This document shows, in pieces, positions 51,686 to 61,162 of a stretch of DNA of 64,000 nt. Under the pieces are notes generated by a model. It searched no databases, had not been told where the DNA came from, and saw only the letters and a list, made by a program, of their open reading frames with translations. The position numbers were made by a program, and so were the translations under genes. Origin of the DNA: Chloroflexota bacterium (GTDB lineage Bacteria > Chloroflexota > Dehalococcoidia > E44-bin15); NCBI GenBank assembly GCA_030604825.1, contig JAUVVB010000002.1:27905-91904 (forward strand). Reading direction: 5' to 3'. Position 1 is the first letter of the stretch. Each line of letters begins with the position of its first letter.

Positions 51686-52429
51686 ATGCTCACCAAAAGC
51701 GAGCTCGTGAGATACGAGAGACAGATAATGATGGAGGGATTCGGTGAGACGGGCCAGGCAAAGCTAAAGGAGGCTAAGGTTTTGATTGCTGGCGCTGGGG
51801 GATTAGGCTCCCCGGTGGCCATCTATCTTGCGGTAGCCGGTGTGGGTGAGATACGCATAGTCGACCACGATGTCGTGGAGCTGAGCAACCTCAACAGGCA
51901 GATACTGCACTGGGACAAAGATATAGGCGCGGCGAAAGCTGAATCGGCCAAAGAGAAGCTTCAGCAGATAAACGCCGATATCAAGGTCGAGGCGATAGGG
52001 CAAACAATAACCCAAGGTAACATCCTCGACCTTGTGGGGGATTGCGACCTGATCGTGGACGGCATGGACAACTTCCCGACAAGATACCTGCTCAACAAGG
52101 CCGCGCTGAAGAAGAACATCCCCTTCTTTCATGGCAGCATCTACGGACTGGATGGGATGGTGACCACCATCCTTCCCCCGGAGACGCCTTGTCTCAGGTG
52201 CATCTTTCCCCAGCCTCCTCCCGTAGAGACCTTCCCCGTCGTAGGTGTTACCCCAGCGATCATAGGCTGCATCCAGGCTACGGAGGTGATCAAATATATA
52301 GTGAGTATGGGAGAACTGCTCAAGAACAGGCTTCTCCTCTTTGATGGCTTGAGACTCAGTTTTAGAGAGCTATCGGTTAAGAAAAACCCCAAATGCCCAG
52401 ATTGCAGCCTCCTTCAGCGGAAGGCGTAA
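51686..52429 (+). CDS. ThiF/MoeB adenylyltransferase
   Basis: RYERQ, GAGGLG, SNLNRQ, CLRC, CPDC. Confidence 0.93.
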   Translation: MLTKSELVRYERQIMMEGFGETGQAKLKEAKVLIAGAGGLGSPVAIYLAVAGVGEIRIVDHDVVELSNLNRQILHWDKDIGAAKAESAKEKLQQINADIKVEAIGQTITQGNILDLVGDCDLIVDGMDNFPTRYLLNKAALKKNIPFFHGSIYGLDGMVTTILPPETPCLRCIFPQPPPVETFPVVGVTPAIIGCIQATEVIKYIVSMGELLKNRLLLFDGLRLSFRELSVKKNPKCPDCSLLQRKA

Positions 52430-52757
52430 AGCCGCAGCAGATCCGTGGATGCAAGCAAGGGAAAAGGGGACGCCAATGGAAAGACCCCATCTTCCCCCCG
52501 TCGGCTTCAAGGTCAAGCTAGTCGGCGCTACCTCAGACTCAAACAACACAGGCTGGGAGTTAATGTCGTAAACGCCGGGCATCCGTTGTGGTGCCCATCC
52601 TTTCTTATACCGGGGTTGCTCAAGCTGACGTTTCGTTCACTTGGCCTGCCTCGCTGCGTTCCTCTCTCTTGCCGCCATGGAATCGCCAGCGTAAAATGGG
52701 AGCCGTCGCAAGAAGTTCGAATCCCACGTGCACAAAAGGTTAGGAGGTATCTCACGG

Positions 52758-53555
52758 ATGGAATTTGAGAGCATCATCTACGAAAAGGAGGACAGGGTTG
52801 CCACGATCACGCTCAACCAACCCGAACGACTGAATGCCATTGGGCGGACCATGCAGGATGAGTTGGGGAAAGCCCTCGAGGAGGCCAACACAGATGATGA
52901 GGTGAGAGTGCTCATCATCACCGGAGCCGGGCGAGGGTTCTGCTCCGGCGCCGACCTCACTATGCTGGGCGACGCTGCCAGCGAGGTGAGCCGGCGCATG
53001 GTGGCCAAATCACCCGCCGCAGGCGGCATCCGCTCGTTCACCCTCCAGCTCCAGAACTTCGAAAAGCCCAGCATCGCCGCCGTGAATGGTCCCGCAATTG
53101 GCGCAGGCCTGTCCTTGGCACTAGCTTGCGACATCAGGATAGCCTCAGACAGGGCGCGCTTCTCCCAGATCTTCATCAAGAGGGGCCTCGTCCCCGACTC
53201 CGGCTCCACCCACTTCTTGCCTCGGGCGGTGGGCTTGGCCAGAGCTTGCGAGATGGTGTTCACCGGGGACATCCTGGATGCTGAGCAGGCCAAGGAGTAC
53301 GGCCTGGTAAGCCGGGTAGTGCCCCACGATGAGCTGATGCGCGAGGTGAGGGAACTGGCAGCCAAGATTGCGGCAGGGCCTCCCATCGCCATGAAGCTGG
53401 CCAAGCAGGCTCTGTACAGGGGAGCAACCACCGATCTGGCCTCAGCATTGGAGTTCGAGGGCTACATGCAGGGGATTTGCTTCGGCACCGAGGACTTCAG
53501 GGAGGGCATAGCTGCCTTTTTGGAGAAGCGGGAACCTGAGTTCAAGGGCAGGTAG
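52758..53555 (+). CDS. enoyl-CoA hydratase/isomerase family protein
   Basis: FCSGADL, AAVNGPAIGAG, AFLEKREP. Confidence 0.94.
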   Translation: MEFESIIYEKEDRVATITLNQPERLNAIGRTMQDELGKALEEANTDDEVRVLIITGAGRGFCSGADLTMLGDAASEVSRRMVAKSPAAGGIRSFTLQLQNFEKPSIAAVNGPAIGAGLSLALACDIRIASDRARFSQIFIKRGLVPDSGSTHFLPRAVGLARACEMVFTGDILDAEQAKEYGLVSRVVPHDELMREVRELAAKIAAGPPIAMKLAKQALYRGATTDLASALEFEGYMQGICFGTEDFREGIAAFLEKREPEFKGR

Positions 53556-53753
53556 TGGAGAACGCCTATAGCGCGCTCTGAGCTTGACCTTGAGCTACCG
53601 CCCTCATGCGCCAGAGCTTAAGTTGACTGTGGCGAAAACCGCTTTGAAAGTGCCCGGTGCAATTGACTGTAGCCACGGTTGATGGTAGGATGTGGATCGG
53701 GCTGGTCTACATGGCTGTTAGGCGACATTCCGCCAGGGAATGGAAGAAGAAAA

Positions 53754-54350
53754 GTGACTGAGAAATTGATCATCATCATAGGGGCTGGGCTGGCTTATCC
53801 ACCGGCCGCTACGCGCAGATGAACGGTTATCACACCCACATCTTCGAGCACCACACCACGCCGGGCGGGGTGGCCGCCACCTGGAAATGCAAGGGCTATA
53901 CCATTGACGGTGGTATCCACTTTATCATGGGTCACAGACCAGGCACAGCCCTCCACGAGTTGTACCACGAGCTGGGCACCGCCCAGGCCAACCGTTTCGT
54001 GGATATGACCACCTACGGTCGCTTCATTGACGAAACCAGTGGGCGCAGCGTGGAGGTCACACAGGACCTGAACCGCCTAGCTGATGATTTAAAGAGCTTC
54101 TCACCAACCGATGCCAGGGTCATTGACCAGTTGATCGCCGGCGCCCGTGCCATGAAGGGGCTGGACATGAGCGAAGCAGGGATGAGCAAACCTCCCGAGT
54201 TGGTGGGGTAACTGGCCCGGCTCAGAGAAATGTGGAACATGCGGCGGCTGCTCAGGTACCTCATCGGCAAGTACGGCATGGCCATCGCCGACTACGTAAA
54301 AAGGGTTCATGACCCGTGCCTGCGAGAGCGCGGTCTTGGAGGTGGCTGAT
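53754..54350 (+). pseudogene. phytoene desaturase-like FAD oxidoreductase fragment
   Basis: IIIIGAGL, then a frameshift, then FEHH.PGG..TW..GYTIDGGIH; internal stop at 54209; truncated. Confidence 0.75.
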
Positions 54351-54491
54351 TCCAAGTGATATAATCGCAAGTGGCAAGGAGTATGCGTTGTCAGCAACAT
54401 TGGCACAACTCAGGAGGTGATATTGCCAGCGAATGAAAACGGGCAAGCACCATAGACGGGTAGCAAAGACATTGTTAGGGAGGCAAAGAAA

Positions 54492-55679
54492 ATGAAAAAG
54501 GCGTTGATAGGCTTGGTTGTGGTCCTCACGGCGGTGGTTCTATTGTTCGCCGCGTGCGGACCAGGGGAGGAAGCGGCTAAGAGCTACAAGCTGGGTATGC
54601 TCGGGCCGCTCACCGGCCCCGCTGCCAGCTGGTACCTACCTATGTACCGGGGAGCACTGATGGCTGCTGACGAAATAAACGAGGCAGGAGGGATTGTCGT
54701 TGGCGGGGAGACGTATATGCTTGAGATAGCCGTGGTGGACGATAGATTCGCCCCGGAGCAGTCGGTGACCGGAGTCCAGAAGCTCATCTTTGACGAGAAG
54801 GTTAAGTATGTATATGGCCCCATGGGTGGCTGCCCCCCAGCGATCCAGCCGATCATTGAGGATAACCGTGTGGTTATGTTTGGCCTTACCTCCCCTAAAC
54901 TATTATCCTTTGGCTCGGAGTATCCCCATACCTTCGTCGTCGTGGAGCCGTCTCATCTATGGGGCGAACTTGGCTACAAGTGGATAGCGGACAACTACCC
55001 CGAAGTGAAGAGGGTGGCGCTGATCACCACTCACGACCCCACCGGTGAGCTAAGCGCGAGTCTCGGCAAGGGGTATGTAGAGGCCGCGGGCATGGAGCAT
55101 GTGGCCGCTGAATTCTACGAGGCGGGCTCAATGGATTTCGGCCCTCAATTTACCCGCATCCTGGCGCTGGATCCCGATCTCATCGCTTGCACCCCTGCAC
55201 CTGCGTCAATCTCTGGCCTCATCGCAAAGCAAGCAAGGGAGATGGGCTACGATGGCCTTTTCTTTAACTCCCAGGCGCCTGAGGCTAAGGTCCTAGCACT
55301 GGCAGGAGGGGTGGAGAATGTGGAGGGGTTTATTGGGGTGGGCTCGGCATTGTATGACACGGGGACTCCGGTGCAGAGGGCTTTCTATGAGCGGTTCATT
55401 GACACATTTGGCGAGGCGGCATGGAATACCACCGCCAGCTACGGTTACATGTATGTGTTCATGATGGCCCAGGTTTTTGAAGAGGCAGACAGCTTCGATA
55501 CAGAGGTGGTGATACCATCCATAGAGCAAGGCGAGTTTGTGGTGCTGGACGTCCGCCACCGCTTTGTGGACACGGCGGGATATGGCGTGCCCCATGAGAG
55601 ATGCACCGATGAGTTCTACATAAAAGGAATACGGAATGGGGAGTGGGAAATGTTGGACGCTATCCCGTATCCGTTTTGA
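54492..55679 (+). CDS. branched-chain amino acid-type ABC substrate-binding lipoprotein
   Basis: LFAAC lipobox, GPLTGPAA, EINEAGG. Confidence 0.9.
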   Translation: MKKALIGLVVVLTAVVLLFAACGPGEEAAKSYKLGMLGPLTGPAASWYLPMYRGALMAADEINEAGGIVVGGETYMLEIAVVDDRFAPEQSVTGVQKLIFDEKVKYVYGPMGGCPPAIQPIIEDNRVVMFGLTSPKLLSFGSEYPHTFVVVEPSHLWGELGYKWIADNYPEVKRVALITTHDPTGELSASLGKGYVEAAGMEHVAAEFYEAGSMDFGPQFTRILALDPDLIACTPAPASISGLIAKQAREMGYDGLFFNSQAPEAKVLALAGGVENVEGFIGVGSALYDTGTPVQRAFYERFIDTFGEAAWNTTASYGYMYVFMMAQVFEEADSFDTEVVIPSIEQGEFVVLDVRHRFVDTAGYGVPHERCTDEFYIKGIRNGEWEMLDAIPYPF

Positions 55680-55753
55680 CCGGGGCTGAAATCGTGGCAG
55701 GGGTGAACAGAATGCCATGAATTTGCCCGCTCTTGCTATCAAGGGAGGTCAAC

Positions 55754-57460
55754 GTGAAGCGTTTCCCGCTGTGGGTGTACGAAGATTTGGATTACCCTGA
55801 AGTGGCCGTTCCCGCAATCATCAGGTATGCATCCAAGATGTACCCTGATAAGGTGGCCACCATTTACTCCGGCTCCAGTGTGACCTTTGGCGAGTATGAG
55901 GAGGCATCGAGCAGGCTGGCCACTGCCCTAGCCGATATGGGCGTCAAGAAGGGGGACAGGGTTGCCCTTATGCTTCCCAACTGCCCCCAGTTTATCATTG
56001 GCTATTTCGGCATCCTGAAGGTGGGGGCGGTATATTTACCCATCAGCCCGATGCTTACCGGGAGGGAGCTTGAATATCAGCTCAGTTATTCGGGTGCAGA
56101 GACGATAATCACCTCGGACCTTATGGCACCGCTGGTGGAAAAGGTCAGGGGGAAAACAGAGCTGAAGCGAATGATAATCACTGGCGAGGCTGATTACTCG
56201 CCGCCCATGCTAGTAGCCTTGAAGGGGGGCGAGAAGAAGGTTTTCCCCAATACCTATGACTTCACCAGCCTGCTCAGGGAGTATCCGCCCACCCCTCCTG
56301 AGGTGGAGATTGACCCCAGAGAGGACCTAGCCCATATCCAGTACACCGGTGGCACTACTGGGACACCCAAGGGCGCAATGATCACCCACTACAACGCGAT
56401 GGCTTGTATGGGGCAAAACGTAAACATACATACCGGTGGCAGGCTGATAGCGGAGAACAGGGAGTTATCCATTACCACCGAGGGGCCGAAGCCCAAGAGG
56501 TTTGAAGATAGGGAATACCCAAGCTATGTAGGGATGAATAGCATTGCGGTGACCATCACCCCTTACTTCCACACCTATGGCATTTTCTCGTTGACCTACC
56601 ATGTGCTCATGGGCGTGACTCAAGTACTGCTAGCAGGCCGCTTCGACCCCGGATTACTGCTGAGGGAGATCGAGCGCTGGGGGGCAGGAGGCATCGTGGG
56701 AGCGCCGTTACTGTTCACTGCTATGATAAATCATCCCTACTTCAAAGAGTGTGACCTCTCCACCGTTAAGACCATCAGCTGCGGCTCGGCTCCGATTACA
56801 CCCGATATCCTCGAAGCCTGGGAGAAGGCGATCCCCGGCGTGATAGTCTCAGAGGCCTATGGTCTGACCGAGGCCACCTTCGGAACGCATACCAATCCCA
56901 CACACCGCAGCGGGCTGAGAAAGATAGGCTCTGTGGGCATCCCCTTCAACAACATGGATTGCAAGATCGTGGATGTGGAAACCGGCGAGAAGGAGATGGG
57001 GGTTGGCGAGGCCGGCGAGATATGTATCAAGGGGCCCACGATTATGAAGGGCTACTGGAAAAACCCGGAGGAGACAAGGAACGCCCTGCGTGAGGGTTGG
57101 CTTTACACCGGCGACATCGGCTACTTCGATGAGGATGGCTACCTCTATATAGTGGACAGAAAGAAGGACATGATCATCTACAAAGGCTACAATGTGTTCC
57201 CCACGGAGCTGGAGGACGTCCTCTTCACGCACCCGGCAGTTGCCGATTGCGCAGTCGTGGGCAAGCCGATGCCGGGTGTGGGGGAGATTCCCAAGGCCTT
57301 TGTCGTTTTGAAACCGGGGGCAAAGGCCACCGCCGAGGAGCTCATCAAGTTCTACGAGCAAAGGGTGGCCCCCTATAAGAAGGTTAGGGAGGTGGAATTC
57401 AGGGAGAGCTTGCCCAAAAGCGGTGTTTTCAAAACCCTGAAGAGGGAGCTCAGGGAGTGA
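55754..57460 (+). CDS. acyl-CoA ligase (AMP-binding)
   Basis: YTGGTTGTPKG, YGLTE, TGDIG, DRKKDMI. Confidence 0.95.
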   Translation: MKRFPLWVYEDLDYPEVAVPAIIRYASKMYPDKVATIYSGSSVTFGEYEEASSRLATALADMGVKKGDRVALMLPNCPQFIIGYFGILKVGAVYLPISPMLTGRELEYQLSYSGAETIITSDLMAPLVEKVRGKTELKRMIITGEADYSPPMLVALKGGEKKVFPNTYDFTSLLREYPPTPPEVEIDPREDLAHIQYTGGTTGTPKGAMITHYNAMACMGQNVNIHTGGRLIAENRELSITTEGPKPKRFEDREYPSYVGMNSIAVTITPYFHTYGIFSLTYHVLMGVTQVLLAGRFDPGLLLREIERWGAGGIVGAPLLFTAMINHPYFKECDLSTVKTISCGSAPITPDILEAWEKAIPGVIVSEAYGLTEATFGTHTNPTHRSGLRKIGSVGIPFNNMDCKIVDVETGEKEMGVGEAGEICIKGPTIMKGYWKNPEETRNALREGWLYTGDIGYFDEDGYLYIVDRKKDMIIYKGYNVFPTELEDVLFTHPAVADCAVVGKPMPGVGEIPKAFVVLKPGAKATAEELIKFYEQRVAPYKKVREVEFRESLPKSGVFKTLKRELRE

Positions 57461-57624
57461 GAGTGACAGTGCTCGGTACTTGGTATGGCTGTTTAGAACA
57501 AGTGGATTGTGAACTACAGTCACAATCCTCGATTGCACAAAAGTCCATTCTGTGCAATACCAATGGAAGGAGTCACCGTAACCGGCCGCTTTCATCGGAA
57601 TCTTGAGCAGCACATCAGCCACTT

Positions 57625-57900
57625 TTGGCCGAGTTCCAAGTCGGTGCGGTTTCATGTCTGACCCCGGCTTATAAGTGCCAAGAGGGCCGGGGAATGTGGA
57701 TGCTCTGCCGCCACTATACCGCCTATGAAGCGCTGGAAATGGGACTGGTTCACTTCGCGGAGTGGTGGTCTGTGGACGTCAAAGGACTGGTGAAGATGAT
57801 TGGTGGGCCGCACCCGGAGGCGAACAGTCCCAGCGTCCCCAGTGGTGAGACCTACGACGGTACGGAGATCTGGGAGCTCAGTTCTTACAGCGCGCCATAA
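57625..57900 (+). pseudogene. chimeric remnant: MenB/BadI-like fragment joined to an unrelated C-terminus
   Basis: MWMLCRHYTAYEALEMGLV resembles the MenB-family segment, followed by unrelated sequence. Confidence 0.5.
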
Positions 57901-58059
57901 GCTCACAGCCTGGCAGTGCGTAAGTAGGCCTAGCTATTCCCGCAGGCCTGGCCCTCTAATTCGGGCTGATCCCTCTTTCCCCGCCGCGCAGTGTAGCGGC
58001 TTACGTTGGAAATGCGCTATCACGATATGGGAGGAATCGATGAGGAGCATTGTCCTATA

Positions 58060-58974
58060 TTAGAGGAAACCGGAGGCGGAGCCAAAGCCGGGGCCAGTAG
58101 CCTCAGCGGAACTACAATCGAAGTAAAGCCCTTCTTCATCCCAGATGAGATAAAGCGAGTAACAGAAGTCACGGTCAGCGTTAGGAGCGTATTCACAGCC
58201 AGGGCAATCAATCCCCAGATGTTCATAATCAGTAAGACGATCTGGGTGGGTAAGCAATAAGCTTGCTATTTCAAAAGGGCCAAGGCCATATTCTTTTTCC
58301 TCAAAGATCTTTCGCGCCTGAGAGACAGAGTTAGCTTGATACCGTAGCCCGCATTGAATTGCCAATACTAGGTAATCGCCCGGGGTTGAACGCTCAAGCT
58401 TATCGAGAACCTTCTTGGTCTTTTCCGCAAGCCGGAGGTATTCAGGTTCTAGTTTTCCTTCGCGCCAATTGGAAAACTCACATCGAACCTCCTTAAGAAG
58501 GGAAAGCAGCTTTTCCAAGGCCTCATTATAGCTTTTGGCTATCCTAGAGGGTTTGGGCACAACCAGCCATCCTTCTGCTCCCTGGGGAAGGGAGGCAGGA
58601 ATCTCTGTTTCGAACGTCAAATTAGGAAAGAGATGATTAAGGATCGTCAATTGTTCATCCACCGACTTTAAGTGCCACCCAGTTGGATAGGCATACTCAG
58701 CAACGCTTCCTTCCTCCTCAGCAGGAGAAACTGTGAAAATCCCTTCGGGCGCGGGAATGCTGCTGACGATAAAGGCTTCGAAAAGACCAGGGTCCATCGA
58801 CTTTACTGCCTGGGGATACTTCATCATCGTCTCAATTAGATCGAAACGCTCGATCAGGGTTTTTTGAACTATCTCCTCAGTGACGTCTGCCTTTAGGATC
58901 AGGGTCAGGATTTGGACCACTTGCTCCAGACTTATCTTTGCCAATGTAACCCTCCTTTTCCCATTCTGGGACAT
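58060..58974 (-). CDS. hypothetical protein, AT-richer than host
   Basis: 304-aa ORF ending FGSASGFL; composition differs from flanks. Confidence 0.75.
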   Translation of the reverse strand: MSQNGKRRVTLAKISLEQVVQILTLILKADVTEEIVQKTLIERFDLIETMMKYPQAVKSMDPGLFEAFIVSSIPAPEGIFTVSPAEEEGSVAEYAYPTGWHLKSVDEQLTILNHLFPNLTFETEIPASLPQGAEGWLVVPKPSRIAKSYNEALEKLLSLLKEVRCEFSNWREGKLEPEYLRLAEKTKKVLDKLERSTPGDYLVLAIQCGLRYQANSVSQARKIFEEKEYGLGPFEIASLLLTHPDRLTDYEHLGIDCPGCEYAPNADRDFCYSLYLIWDEEGLYFDCSSAEATGPGFGSASGFL

Positions 58975-59132
58975 AGCATGACAGGCGACACATTACACAA
59001 GACCACCACCCTGCCAGATTATACTTGTGCCTTTGACTTGTCAACAACCCGTAAATGCCAGCCGAAGGGGGTGGGGTTTTGAACTGGAAAACAGCAGCTG
59101 AAAACTGTAGAATAGATGCGTGAGGAGGTGCC

Positions 59133-59573
59133 ATGGCTATGAGCAAGGGACAGGTCAAGATTCGAAGGATGGCCGAAGCCGACCTGGAGAGAATAAAGGC
59201 CATAGATCGAGCCCTGGTTGGCCCCGATCGGGTCCTCTCTTGGCCGCTGAGGGTTGAAGCTCACTGGTGGGTCTATCGCCCCATGCTTAATTTCGTGGCG
59301 GAAGTGGATGGTGAGGTGGTGGGATTCCTCCTCGGCGACATAAGGGGAGCCGAGTACGGAACGGACGTAAGCGGGTGGATAGACATGATGGGCGTTGCCC
59401 CTGATCATCAGGGTAAGGGAATAGGCGAAAGGCTGGTGGAGGCATTCTGCCAGGCGTGCCAGGATAATGGCGTCACGGCGAGGGTTGTTGTCCGGGAGGA
59501 CGACGAACGCCTTATAGGGTTTTGGACATCTGTTGACTTCCACCGAGGGAACTTGGTCAGCTACGAAAGGTGA
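59133..59573 (+). CDS. GNAT acetyltransferase
   Basis: FVAEVDGEVVGF, VAPDHQGKGIG. Confidence 0.92.
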   Translation: MAMSKGQVKIRRMAEADLERIKAIDRALVGPDRVLSWPLRVEAHWWVYRPMLNFVAEVDGEVVGFLLGDIRGAEYGTDVSGWIDMMGVAPDHQGKGIGERLVEAFCQACQDNGVTARVVVREDDERLIGFWTSVDFHRGNLVSYER

Positions 59574-59843
59574 TGCTACTGGCCAAATGGACCCCCCAGG
59601 GCCCGCACCACTGAACATTCTGCATTTAGGCCATCTCCGGCCTTGTTCCCTCTTGGCACCGTGATGTGCGCCGTCAGCAACTTTGGGCCAGTTTGGCAAA
59701 GCACGCCATAAAACGATTGAGGGCTGTTGTCAAGCTGGCTCAACCTCAGGTTGTGGTACCCCCTAATGCCTTGCTCGGTGCCCCGAATGAGTTGTAGGCT
59801 GCAGACCGAGCCGGTAACCTGGTTTGAAAAATTGATGACGGGG

Positions 59844-59897
59844 CTTGACTAGTGTGGTAGAATGTTATATAATATTGGACAATATAAGATAAAATAA
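59844..59897 (+). promoter_or_regulatory. promoter with 10-bp periodic AT motif
   Basis: TTGACT followed by TATAAT-like boxes; motif shared with pilin upstream regions. Confidence 0.5.
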
Positions 59898-59934
59898 TCA
59901 GGTATAAGACAACAAGCCATAGGGGTAAGCATGG

Positions 59935-60738
59935 GTGCACATCGGGATGCCAACTTCACCTTATGATAGGCAGAAAAAATTGGAGCAAAGGAAGATGGAT
60001 CTCAGCGTCGATATCTTGCATGAGCTGCGCACGCCCCTGCACTCAATTCAAGGCTTTGTCAGGTTAATCCTGGAAGGCAAAGTTCCCGACCCCGAAACAC
60101 AGCGACAGTTTCTGACCATTGTGGAGTGGGAGAGCCAGCTTCTCACCAATCTAGTTGATGAGCTTCTTAGCACCTTTGCCACAGGGTCAGGGCCAAAGGC
60201 CGAGAAAAACGAGCGTATCTCGATGAAAGAGGTGATCCTCGGCACCATACTGAAGCTGGGCGGCCTGGCCGCTGAGAAGGGGATCACCATTGATACCGAC
60301 CTGGATGGCCCTTTCCCCGCTGTAGAGGGCGACGAGCAGGCGCTGGGCCGGGTGGTCGCCAATCTGCTCCACAACGCCATTAAGTTCAGTCAACAGGGGG
60401 CCAAAATCACCGTTAGGGCAAGTAAACGGGATGGCAAGCTGCTGACGCAGGTGACAGACCAAGGCGTTGGCATTCCTGAAGAAATGGTTCCATATCTATT
60501 TGAGAGATTCTACCGGGGACATAGCCTGATGATGCCGACGGCTTGCGGGACGGGTTTGGGTCTTCATATCTGCAAACGGATCGTTGAGACCCATGGCGGC
60601 CAGATTTGGGTGGAGAGCGAACCGGGGGGTAGCACCTTCAGCTTCACCATACCCTTTGCCCCAAGGCCCGTTGGTAACCAGCGGGGAGGCCTTAAGAGGA
60701 GGTCCCATGACGAGGAAGATCCTGGTCATCGAAGATGA
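59935..60738 (+). CDS. histidine kinase without a sensor domain (HisKA plus HATPase)
   Basis: HELRTPL, NLLHNAIKFS, DQGVGI, GTGLGL; start uncertain. Confidence 0.9.
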   Translation: MHIGMPTSPYDRQKKLEQRKMDLSVDILHELRTPLHSIQGFVRLILEGKVPDPETQRQFLTIVEWESQLLTNLVDELLSTFATGSGPKAEKNERISMKEVILGTILKLGGLAAEKGITIDTDLDGPFPAVEGDEQALGRVVANLLHNAIKFSQQGAKITVRASKRDGKLLTQVTDQGVGIPEEMVPYLFERFYRGHSLMMPTACGTGLGLHICKRIVETHGGQIWVESEPGGSTFSFTIPFAPRPVGNQRGGLKRRSHDEEDPGHRR

Positions 60739-61162
60739 CCCCAGCGCCCTGAGGTTTGTGCAGTATGCGCTGGAGCAGGAGGGCTATCAAGTGCTCACCG
60801 CTGCTAACGGTGTGAAGGGCCTGAAGATGGCACAGGAAGAGGAGCCCGATCTACTGGTCCTAGATGTCCTGTTGCCAGGCATGGATGGCTTTGAGGTTTG
60901 TCATCGTTTGAAAAAAGAGCCTGCCACGGCTAAGCTGCACATTCTGATGCTCTCGGTGAAGGGAAGGGAAAGCGATAGGAACATGGGGCTCACGGTGGGC
61001 GCTGACCAATACCTTACCAAACCAACAGGCCCAGCCGAATTGTTGGCCAGTGTGAGGAGGCTTGTTGAACACAAGGGCGCTGCCCCGGTGGAAAAAGGCG
61101 ACTCCATCCTGGAATACCTCGAGTTCAGGCAGCGCGATGAGGGGAAAGAGGAGGAACTGTGA
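60707..61162 (+). CDS. single-domain response regulator
   Basis: KILVIEDD, DLLVLD, YLTKP; AGGAGG RBS. Confidence 0.92.
   Translation: MTRKILVIEDDPSALRFVQYALEQEGYQVLTAANGVKGLKMAQEEEPDLLVLDVLLPGMDGFEVCHRLKKEPATAKLHILMLSVKGRESDRNMGLTVGADQYLTKPTGPAELLASVRRLVEHKGAAPVEKGDSILEYLEFRQRDEGKEEEL

Noticed and set aside
52430-52750. Short ORFs or ncRNA between the MoeB-like gene and the crotonase
   Set aside because: No recognisable motif or convincing structure.
59039-59082. IS200/IS605-like end (GTCAACAACCC...GGGGTGGGG)
   Set aside because: Hairpin is degenerate and no tnpA, tnpB or iscB is present.
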